Source: Balanoglossus misakiensis
Lineage: Eukaryota; Animalia; Hemichordata
DNA length: 64,000 bases
Assembly (NCBI GenBank): GCA_040954595.2
Contig: CM082588.2
Location: 12,526,157 to 12,590,156 of the forward strand
Reading direction: 5' to 3'
Below the pieces are notes generated by a model. It had not been told where the DNA came from. It made no database searches and saw only the letters and a program-made list of their open reading frames with translations. Both the position numbers and the translations under genes were made by a program. The number at the start of each line of letters is the position of its first letter. Position 1 is the first letter of the stretch. This document shows positions 26,347 to 37,504 of this stretch, piece after piece.

Positions 26347-28960
26347 ATCAATCAATCAGTCAATCAAAAGGACTTATAGAGCACCAAACTCCACTGCAAT
26401 AGTGTTCAATAGCGCTTTACAATGTAAAGTTACTGTTAATAGGCTCTGTTAAACAGATAAGTCTTGATGTGTTTCTTGAAACTGTCAAGGCTAGGTGACT
26501 GGCATACTTCTATTGGGACATTGTTCCAAATGAGTGGGGCGATATACGAAAAAGCACGATCGCCGTACGTTTTCTTCTTACTCCATGGTACATGAAGTAG
26601 AAATTTGTCATTTGAACGAAGAAGTCTTGTTGAAGTTTTCAGATGGATTAAGTCAGTGATGTAAGCTGGTGCTGTGTTGTTTAATGCCTTATATGTCATA
26701 AGCAAGATCTTGTATTGGATTCTATAGTGTACAGGCAGCCAATGTAAATCTATGAGAACAAGAGTAATATGATCCGTTTTACGGGTACGAGAAACGATCC
26801 TGGCTGCAGAATTCAGGGCATGCTGTAGCGGTTGAATGCATGATGATGGTAAACCACAGAGTAGTGCATTACAGTAGTCCAGTTTTGATGTGATTAGAGC
26901 ATGAACCAGCATCTGGCAAACTTCCTTAGTGAGGTAACGGCGAATGTGGCTGATTTGACGCAGATGGAAGAAAATTGACTTGCAAATTGCATTAATGTGC
27001 TTATTGAAAGTGTAATTGTCGTCGAATGTCACACCTATATTCCGTGCAGAATTCACAATTTGAACACAACATGATCCAATGCTCATGTGGTTTATGGGAC
27101 GAGGCGAGCGGTTGAACTGAGACCTTATCAGGAGTACCTCGGGTTTGCCACCATTGAGTTGAAGTTTATTATGTGTCATCCAGGTTTTTATTTCGTGAAC
27201 TGCCCTTTCCATCTTGTCGTTGTCGTTGTTGACTTTAGTAAGTGCTGTTTCGGTACTGTGATCCTTTCGGTACGCTGACTGCAGTGGTTCTTGTAGTGAG
27301 TTGGTAGTCAAATATGATGTCAGTTGTTGTGCTACAATCTTCCCGATTACTTTTGACAGGAAGGTTAGGTTTGAAACAGGTCTATAGTTCTTGAAAATGT
27401 TTTTGTCGAGCGAAGGTTTCTTGAGTACATTGGTGTGATGACTGCTATTTTAAGTTATTCAGGAACAGTTCCAGTTTTGAGTGACAAATTGATAATTGTG
27501 GCTATGATAGTGAGCAGATTACCAAGACATTGCTTAACAAGTGCTGTAGGGATGAGATCAAGTACACGTGTTTTAGATGGAGAGCCAGAGATAACTTTTC
27601 TGATTTCTTCGTCTTTAGCTGTGTGGAATTCAGGAAGTGTTGATGAGACTGCTGGGTGCAGAAATTGGTAATCTTTTGAAGTAGGGTTTACCATGTCAAG
27701 GCTGGAACGGATAGACGTGATTTTAGTGATGAAATATTTACTGAATGAATCTGCTAAGTCTATTTTCGCAGTATGGTCAGGTAGAGTCTTTTCTTGTTGC
27801 TTGCCAGCCATGGTTGATATGATTTGAAATAGTGACTTCTGGTTACCATACTTTTCCTCAATTAGATGTGAGAAGTATGACTTTTTGGCAGCTCTGATTA
27901 AGTGATTGACATTTCTGCACTCATGTTGATATATCTCACAATGAATCTCCAGCTTAGTTTTTCGCCACAGATGTTCAGCCTTCCGTCTATTCTTTTTTGC
28001 AATGTCGATTTCATGAGTATACCATTTGGTACCTGGACGTATGATCACTGTACGCTTTTGAAGTGGTGCGTGGGCTTGAAGAACTTCACTGACGTGTTGG
28101 TTATAAGCTGATATGGCTGAGGAGAGGTCATTTGGAGGCTAGGACATTTGATGTATTTTGTCGAGATCATGGCTGAAACTATCAATTGAAATGGCAGATA
28201 CGACGATAAGATATTTGACGTCTACTGTGTGTTGGTTTCGGAAGAGCAAGTTTTGCATTGACAGGATTGTGATCAGAGAGTTCCAAGCAGTCTACAGAGA
28301 CACTCTTGATGTTAGACGCAGAGTTAGATAAGATGAGATCAAGAGTATGACCCTTTCTGTGTGTTGGTTGTTGGACCCATTGTTTCAGATTACAGGCGCT
28401 GATGATTCCATTGAATTTCTGTGTTACTGGATTCTTATCATCTTCTAGGTGAATATTGAAATCTCCTACGATGAAGAGATTACTTGAGCAGGTGACATAC
28501 TTCTCAAGTGTTGTACTGAACTCTTCCATGAACTGTGGTGCGGTGAATTTATTCTTAACTGATGGTGGTGGACGGTAGACAAGAATTATTTTCATGGAAA
28601 GTTTCTGGTGAAGAATAGTTGCTTCCGCTGTCTCAAAAGATTTAACAGAGAGAATAGGCTTCCAAGCTGTTAATTTTAGTGCTAGCTTATGAATTTAAGC
28701 TAAGTCTTCACCGATCTTGCCAACCCCAGGTAGATGTTTGACAGCATAGCCTGGTGGTGTACATTCAGCCATTACGTGTTCGTCACCAGATTCCTTCAAC
28801 CATGTTTCAGTGAGTACAAGAATATCAATGTCTTTATCTGTGATGTAGTCTGCAATGTCTAATGATTTGCATCTAGCTGAGCGGACATTCCATGTAGAGA
28901 GTAGAAGTTCACACGTATTTTGGATAGGGTGGATCTTGAATACTGCATAGTTACTCTTCA
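26347..28960 (-). mobile_element. L2/CR1-group LINE, degraded ORF2 (APE endonuclease plus RT with central deletion)
   Basis: APE motifs LSTWNVRS, DILVLTETWL, IVGDFNIH, GHTLDLIL, SDHNPV; RT start YRPVSNL and [14 protein letters not shown] joined directly to [10 protein letters not shown]; (TTGA)n tail. Confidence 0.93.
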
Positions 28961-29418
28961 ATAGATATTTAGTGACTCGCTAACTGTTGCGATTCGTGTG
29001 TGTGTAATTTACGTACTTCAAGTTAAATATCGCAACTAGCCGTAATGTTTGACTAGGGGGAGCACCTATACTAATGCGAGAACCAGGGATTGAAAGTTGC
29101 ACCTGTATTTTGATCCCTTAGTTACCCTTATAAGTACATTTGTAGTCTAATAACCATAGCTCTATTGCAAACCATTCTTTCCGTAGTTTCTTGTTTCAAA
29201 TATTGTAATCTGAATTTATTTTGATGTTTAACAGGTGTGATTATCTGTATTTGCGGCCATTTTGAAAAAAATTGGTTGCCATGGAAACTCTTCAACAGAT
29301 ATTTAGTGACCGGACGCGCAGTGTTTCCGGTTTATGTTCTGCACGTACATCCTTGATGAAGTTTGCTGGCTAGATGGCTCCTAAACCTCCCTAATATTTG
29401 ACGTCTTCACTCCTACAG

Positions 29419-31554
29419 GACTGCGCAGCTGGAAGTTAAAGTTCAGCATGTTCTGAAGCATGCACGCTGTGTCCAGGGGTTTCATGTGTGGAACAGCCAG
29501 CCTCTCATCACCAACATAATGCGGACTGGGATATTTTGCCAACAATGGAAGTATACACTGTACGCCTTGTCCTGCCCCGGGTATAAGTGCCAATATGATG
29601 GTATGTCGGAGCCAGAGGTGTGTGAAGATGGATACTACACTAATATAGATGATGAGTCAGCACTTAAAGTTTGGGCATTACTGAGTAATCTTTCACTTAA
29701 GGCGGATGATCATCTTATGTGCATGTCCGTAATTCTGTGCGTACAAACATTACGTCCAGTCCAAATATTCTGCCAATTTTACATCCAATGCATTCAAATA
29801 GTGGACTGCTTCGCTTTTATCCAGTTTTCATGTGCATCGTATAAGTAGACTATTGTTTTGTCCCGTCTTTTCACCAAATTTGCTCTTTTCCAAATCTCCG
29901 ACACAGACTATGATCGTCAAGATCTTGTCTGTTGTTAGAACAGCACACTGCCGTATGGCATTGACTGTATACAGTTTCTGTTACCAATATCTCTGGTTTG
30001 GCATTTTCCTGTCCTCGAAATCAATCCAGAGATTTTTGTCTCCCCAACCCGCGTGAGAATCCCACGTCTTTGAAGGTATGACTGTGACTATAAGATTCTA
30101 TAAATCTCTGTTTATTTTCAGCACAAATATCATGTGCTGATTGCCCAGCTGGTAACCAATGTCCAAATGGTAACACTGTGATTTTATGCTCGGCTGGTTA
30201 TTACAGTTCGGCTTTGGACAAAGGATGTCTCGCTGTACCTCTTGCATAACAGGTAAACTTCTACCCACCCACCTTTATTTCCAACATCAAACATTAGGTC
30301 AGGTAATTTACTAACTGAAAAATAGGATGGGAACATTTTCTATTTCTGTATTTAAAATTTACTGATATAATATATGAATAAAAAAATGACAATTTTTCCA
30401 AATTTGAATAGACCTCTATTTATGAAAATAATTAAAATTTGCACCAAATTTTTACAGTGGTATTCAAAGGTTAACTTGGTGTGTAAATTCTCTGTTTTAT
30501 TTACAGATCAGCTGGTGCTGAACATTGTACTATTTGTGAGCAAGGGTACGCCTGCACAGATCAGTGTACATCGCAATTCAAGTGTACCAAGGGTTACGTG
30601 TCATTGGCTGGTGCAACAAACTGTACCATATGTACAAATGGTAAGATTGTGGTACTTGTTCAGTTTGCTGTGTGATGAAACTGAGGGGTATGTGTGTATG
30701 CATGTATGTGTTTACAACAGATTTTTAAGTCAGTGCGACTGGGGGTATGTGTGTGTGTGTGTGTATGTATGTATGTGTTTACAACAGATTATCAACTCAG
30801 TGCGAGATCTTGCGAGACCCGGTTAGCCATGTGAGATCTCGCAGAGTCTTATGATATTCAGAAAATGGTTGATTAGAAATGACGTTTAATGTCCTCCAAA
30901 GAATTTTCTACATGCCTGTATACTTGTCTCAGAATTATGAAGTGAATCATCTCAAGTAATTTGTTATTTTAAATGACACTGTATCACAAATGCATCACTA
31001 AAAACCTCATTTTCTTTAATCAGATGAAATAAGTGAGGAGCCTGCACGCACATCCTGTCTTCTGTGCCCTGCTGGACAATCGTGTTCAGATCCAATGTAA
31101 GATCCGCTCGACTGTGGCAATGGTGAATATGCTATGGAAGGCGACGGCACATGCACGCCTTGTCCAGCGGGATCCAAGTGTCCAACCATGTCACCCGTAG
31201 TGGATTGTTCAACAGTTACTGGTAAGTTGGGCTGCAAATCACTCTTGTGACTTCCCTGTGTTATAGCATGGCATACACAGAAAATTAAACTGTTATGCTC
31301 ATTGGAGTTGATATTGTGATGCACTTTGAAAAACACAATGATTCCACTGAAGAGGTATTGTACAGTAAAACCTGTGATTACGGACATCTCTCTAATAAGG
31401 GATCGTTGGACCAAACCATGGTGGTAAACATCGTTCTTTGATTTTTTTCTGTGATAGGTTCATACTCGCATGGTTCGGCCACGTCCTTCTGGTTATGAAT
31501 GCACAACTACAAGTGTCACACAGTGAGCTACAGGGCAGTAAAGTGCTGAAGGAG
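29419..31554 (+). pseudogene. Five Ephrin_rec_like/GCC2_GCC3-type exons (copy B)
   Basis: 29419-29651 (donor GT>AT), 30122-30252, 30507-30640, 31024-31221 (TAA), 31458-31554. Confidence 0.85.
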
Positions 31555-32377
31555 GTAAGTCTTGAAATCCCTTTTCTTCTTGTCTCGATTTGAACATGGT
31601 TCCACAAGTTGTTTACATCACTTGTAGTTTTACATATTTGTTGAGTTCAACAGCTAGCTATACATGGTGTCCTGAGAAGTCAACCAGTATGAGAAGTCGG
31701 TCTCGGTCAGTACGAGAAGTCGGCCTCTGGGAGAGAACCCTGGTACTTTGTGTTATATATAACTGTTACACTACGAAATGTTTCTTTGATGTACAGGAGC
31801 TGAGATATTTGTACAAATAGCCGATGAATTTTAAAACTGTCTGTTCACTTTTCATGTACGTCACCGGGGTACGTCAACATCAGTCACCTGCACTTCTTGA
31901 GCTGCGCCAGTAGTCTGTTCCTCGTCACGTTTGTTTGTTTGTTTGTTTGTTTGTTTGGTGTTGTCTCAGAAAGTATGAATATACACATACATCTTCTATG
32001 TATTTTAGTAGGCTTTGAAACAACTCCCTTTAATCAGAAATGTCACAGGAATTTGGCGAACAACCTAAGCTCCTTACGCGGATACGGGGCTGGGGAACCG
32101 GTACGGATGCCAGACGCCATTATTTGAAATAACGCCATTGTATTGTCAAGAATTTGGGAAATCCGTCCAAATGAAAATATTTAGTGCAATTATATTTTAT
32201 TAAGTGTTGTTATAAGTAATCTGGGTCATTACTGCACTATTCGGGTACAAGTTCAACAACTGGCCGACTTCTCATGCGCGCGTACTGGCCGACTTCTAAT
32301 CTGGCCGACTTCTCATGTATTCCTATTCATTAGTGAAAATTGGGGAAACTGGTGTTTTCAGACAACTTATGAAGTCC

Positions 32378-35300
32378 TTGTCTCAATGGAGGTACCTGCC
32401 AACAACAGGTAAATTCTTGTACTGCCACAATTTGCATGTGCACAGAGTGTTACTAGGGAACCAGGTGTGAGACAACTAAGTTTGAATCTGTAGCAGTTAA
32501 TAATGATAATTATCATTTTTTTATTATGATTTAAACTTCACTGATGTTGTACAAACACAAAAATAGAAAGGGATAGCAGCTTAGCTCTATTCCGTTTCGA
32601 AAGTTTTTGTTCTTTTAAACTACCTGTGCATTTTTTTTATTTATTCTGATTATGCTAATATGCTAATTTGTCGGTTTGTCACATCACAATTTTTGTAGGA
32701 AACTCACCCCTGGGAATTTTTTTCAGCCACTTACATACATTCATAATCACATGACATTGATGATCATGGAAAATTTGACCCTTTTCCTTGTAGGACTCAA
32801 CCAGTGTCAACCAAATCCGTGCCAGAATGGTGGCTTCTGTCAACCGGCTCGAAATTCCTGCTTTGATCTCACCTGCATATGTACTGGTTGCTACAAATGT
32901 GATAGGTGTGAGATATGTAAGTGTACAGCGCAGTCTCTTTTACCTTTTGTCTCTGATGCATTCAAATACTGCAAGTTTCCTGAGCATAGGTGTAGCCATC
33001 ACCACAGCAGAGCTTGGAGAGTTCTTGACATCGAATGCAAGATTACACTCTTCCCAATCAAAATCACTTTCGTGGCGCATAATGTCTTGATTGTCTTGGT
33101 TCAAGAAACATTATGTGCGACTGGCCAATTCTACTGCCTTTTGTCAACACACATCCACTATGGAAATTCTCACTCCAGGCCAGATAGTGTAAATTTACAT
33201 ATGAGTCTACAGGTGTGCTTGAAGTCAAGTCAAGCATTTGCAAGGAACCCTCCTCCAGTACACAGGTCTTTGATTTCATGAAGGGAAGCCCTTGCCTCAC
33301 AGTCACTGCCACATGATCTATGGAGGTGTGAACAACTTGATACCAGCCTAATATAAGTTGTAGGCACAATCACTCCACACACCCTTGCCATAATTCTGCA
33401 AGGTTTTTTGCCATATCTGTACTGTAGAATGAGTAGCAAGGAATAAAATGGCGTCCTTTCTTAATTTCCGGTGCAAAACCCCTGTGATCCCAACCCATGT
33501 ATGAATGGTGGATTTTGCCAGCAAACATCGTGCAATTTCTATTCATGCCAGTGTGTGAACTCTTACACAGGTGACATCTGTCAAACTATAGACCCTAGAG
33601 AAAGAAGGACGAGCAACTGAGGCAAAGATCAAAGGGTTTGGGGATTATCTGTATGATGATGTTTTTTTGCATATAATTAACACCCAGGACAGTTGGACAA
33701 TGACTTCCTTACTTCGGCACGTGTCGACCCCACCAGTGATGCGAAACTTGCCACCAAACTAGCACTCCTGCATTTCAGCAGCCACTGCGTTTTTTTCTAA
33801 AATTCTAAACGTATTACGATGTCTGTGCTAATTATTATGGTTTGGTGTTCGTCTGTCGGTTGAACGGTCATTTCTAGTGCCGCAAGCTTCATTTAAAAGT
33901 TGTAAACAAATCATCCATGTTTTTTGCATGTCCGACTGGGCACTCATATTTCTTGGTAACGCTGACACTTTTCGTAATAATTTTATGTTTGCGTGAATTA
34001 TTGAAATAAAAATTGTGGTTTAGGGGCATTTTATTTCGCAGTGCGTGAACAATAAAACAGATTTCACGAAAACAATTTGTAAACAAACTGGGTGGATTTT
34101 CATGTGTGCGCTATGGCCGCCAGGCAACCCTCGGTACGGTTAGCCTTGTGAAATACCCGGACTGTTAGACAAAAGATGCTTGTTTTGGACGCTGTCAGAC
34201 TCAGAGGTGCCAAATTCCTGTTTAACTTGTCCAGATGTGTTCCATAAATGATCGCTGCGTTCAACCACGTTGCAGTTTTCTCGTCTCCTGCGAGATGTTC
34301 TGAGGTGTTGTGATAACTTCACGCAAAACACGAGACTTTGCGTTAGTTTATACACAGTTTATTTGCAAATTGGATTATTGAGATTTATCTGGAAATAATG
34401 TATGCAAAAGAACATCATTTCAAGAAAAAACTGGAGTTGCGCTTCCTTCTTTCTCTAGGGTCCATGGTCAAACAAGTGAGTATATACTTTCAAGACACCC
34501 TGCAAACAAACAAGCAATCTTCATTTCGTATATCTTTTAAGCTTATTTATACATTGTAAATTTTGATGTGAAACTTCAAATTTTATTGGTCTTGTTGCCA
34601 AACTTCTGAAGAAATGAGGATATTGTTTTGAAGGGTATTTTATCAGTAGATAACAAATACCATGGCCCTCCATGCAAATACCCACATGGTAAATTAAAAC
34701 TGTTACAGATGTATTTGATTTCCACATATTGATTACATGTGGGATAATATTGGGTGCTGGCAGTTTCAGTAAATGAACTGCTCTTAAACGTTGGGCGTCA
34801 GGGCACCCTTGATTTTGCCTGTTCCAAGCTAGAATGGTCTGTCCATATGAATATTTGTTCAGCAAGTTACAACCAATCTTTTAAGTTTGGAATGAAAAAA
34901 TAGTGAAATGACTTGTGATGATAATATGCAATTGTTTGTTGATTTACATGCAACCTCCAGGACTCGATCAATGTTCTCCCAATCCGTGCATGAACAACGG
35001 TATCTGTGAGCCAATCAGTGGATCGTGCAGTGCGTTTACCTGTCGCTGTCAAGGCTGTTTCATTGGAATCACCTGTGACCAAGGTAAATTTATCAGACGA
35101 GGAACTGTTTTTCCCCCCTCATACCGGTATATTTGTCATAGCTGGCAGCTATGAAATAACCTGTATATTTAGGATGTAACAAACCAAATAGGCACTTTCA
35201 GGAATTGAGTCTTTTTTCAATTACCAAAGTCCTAAACTCCCAAAAGTATAATAAGTAATTCTTATTGTTCAGTTATACATTAAGGAGGCTTAGTTATAGA

Positions 35301-37395
35301 AGAACCCGATAGAACCACAGCTGTAGGAATTAAGGAAATGGTCATACCCTAAAAACTTATGTCACTACTATTTGTTTTTCATTCCATTGAAACAGAACAA
35401 ACTTCATGTAGGCCAATTCCATGCCTGAACAATGGGCAGTGTACTCGGCTGTCATGTACAACTTTTGCGGCTGTATATAATGCAGTGGCCAACTCCGCAT
35501 ATACATGTGCCTGTACTGGTTGCTATGAGGGTAACCGTTGTGAAATATGTAAGTTTCTGACGTACCCTAAAGACAATTTTTGGGCACTTTCTCTTCATGG
35601 CAATTGAATTGTGTGGTAACTTCTCATTTCTAAAATTTCCCCAAGAGAAAAGAAAGGAAAAGAAAACAAAAATTTCATTTGTATGTCCGTGCAATTTAGG
35701 ACAGGCACGAACTTGTGAGAAAGTGTACGAAGCTGGGTGTTTTTATCACTCAAATATACAAGAGTTGCCTCTTGAAGACTAGTGTCTGTAGAGATAATTG
35801 TGCATGTGAGGTAATCTCTCCTAAGGTGGTCCACACATCTGAGTATTAAGTAAAAGAGACGTCCTTAATTATCCTTACTATTTGGCTTGAAAAATCAATC
35901 TTACTAGGTGTTCTGATTAGAGAGGTGTCCATAAAGACAGGTTTTACTGTATTACCCAAAAATAGAGACATTGTCCCTTCATCATATACTTAATGCGTGT
36001 TCTGGGTATGGTTCCAGTATAATCAAAGGATTTTGTTGTGGTGCAGGAATCATCTTTAGTTGAGGTGTAGCCATCTGCATTTCATGTTTTTTAAACCATT
36101 TTTTTCTGATAGTCATTAACCCATGTGATCAGAATCCGTGTCAAAATGGAGGCTATTGTTCCCAAACACCAAATTCTTATACTGACTACACCTGTTACTG
36201 CCAGTAGTGTTGGACTGGGGCCATCTGTGCCGTAGGTGTGTCGAATTCAACTGTTTTATGACACAGCGTGGTATATAAACCCTCATTTTTGGTATTCTCA
36301 ATGTGATAGATGGACCCATACACCAATAAATGGGGTGGAAGCATTACAAAGTTTCATCCTTTCAAAATTTGCTGATGTAGGGTCAAAATTGAGTGTGAGG
36401 TGCACGTTAAAAAGGAAAGCCTTCTGTATCATGTTGATGGCACATTTTTTAATTTTTCAAGATTCTTACAGAAAAATCCTAGCAGCATTATGTTATTTTA
36501 AATGTACAGGTTTGAAACAAGGAATGAAGACATTGCTCACATATATAATTTAAACAAAATGAACATCACAAGTACATGTACAAGTTTTTGACAAGCAGGT
36601 CATTGATACTTTCATTTTTGTTTTGGCAGCCATTGATCAGTTATACTCTATGCCTTGTCAAAATGTGGTGGCACATGCGTTGCGTGAGACGGCTGTTTCC
36701 TGTTTGACTGTATGTGTACCGAATGCTTCACTGGTGCCACATGTACAATGCGTAAGTACAAACCAATATTATTTTATTCAATGCAAAACACTTGTTATGT
36801 ATTATATAATATAAATACGGTACACATATTAAAGCCCTGGTAACTCAAACTTTGGGCTAGCTTAATGTTATCACTATTTTTGTTTTCGGTTGCAACTGTG
36901 GTTTCTTGTCACACTCTAAAGGATTTGACAGCATTTGGTTTTTCAAAACAGCCCTTTGGTTGTTGTCAGGTATACATGTACATGACTGTGGAGTGTAGTT
37001 TGCAGATTCTGTAATTTTGACAATATCTTGACTGCACTGTTCCAGTGATTTTCTGTAGATTTTAACTCCTGCTTTTTCAAAATAATGTTCAGAAGTTCTC
37101 AACTTTCTCAACAACCCATACAGGAAACCGGCAATGGTGTGGATGTTCACATCCCATCTAATTTGAGGGGCCTTTATCAGTGAATTTGTGTGTCTGTGTG
37201 CTTCAGTGCTTTGAGCCTATAGTGATGTTTTCCTGCTCAATATTCTTTCTTTTTGTCTATACAGGAATCAACCAGACAACCAGTGTGTACCCTCTCCTTG
37301 CCTAAACAGTGGAATTTGCTCGCAAGTACCGGGTTCCTGTACACAGTTTACATGTTATTGTTTCAACTGCTATACTGGTGACACATGCACTGACC
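32378..37395 (+). pseudogene. Array of eight 8-Cys EGF-like exons (copy B plus one unique exon)
   Basis: ~32378-32476 (3' part), 32794-32916 (open), 33472-~33590 (acceptor lost), 34961-35083 (open), 35396-35548 (chimeric, open), 36113-36235 (TAG), 36630-36751 (+2 frameshift), 37265-37395 (8-bp duplication, donor GT>AT). Confidence 0.9.
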
Positions 37396-37504
37396 ATAAG
37401 CCTATAACCCCATTTTCTACGGTTTTCTGTAATATTTTAACATTTATTATTAGAGAGTGATGCAGAGAGAGAATGGGATGGAGAATGAGGGGGAGGAGAA
37501 GAGA

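Larger units (their letters stand above)
19427..37037 (+). repeat. Segmental duplication copy B (direct, initial offset 19,426 bp)
   Basis: Same colinear match; about 17 differences counted in the first 600 bp; several copy-specific indels. Confidence 0.97.

Noticed and set aside
26347-28960. Telomere-specific retrotransposon (TRAS/SART/HeT-A-like)
   Set aside because: L2/CR1-type motifs, intronic location over 30 kb from the telomere, and not inserted in TTAGGG
13108-37395. Assigning a gene symbol (Notch, fibropellin, SVEP1, SCUBE, crumbs)
   Set aside because: Only repeat modules are visible, with non-canonical Cys spacing and no diagnostic domains
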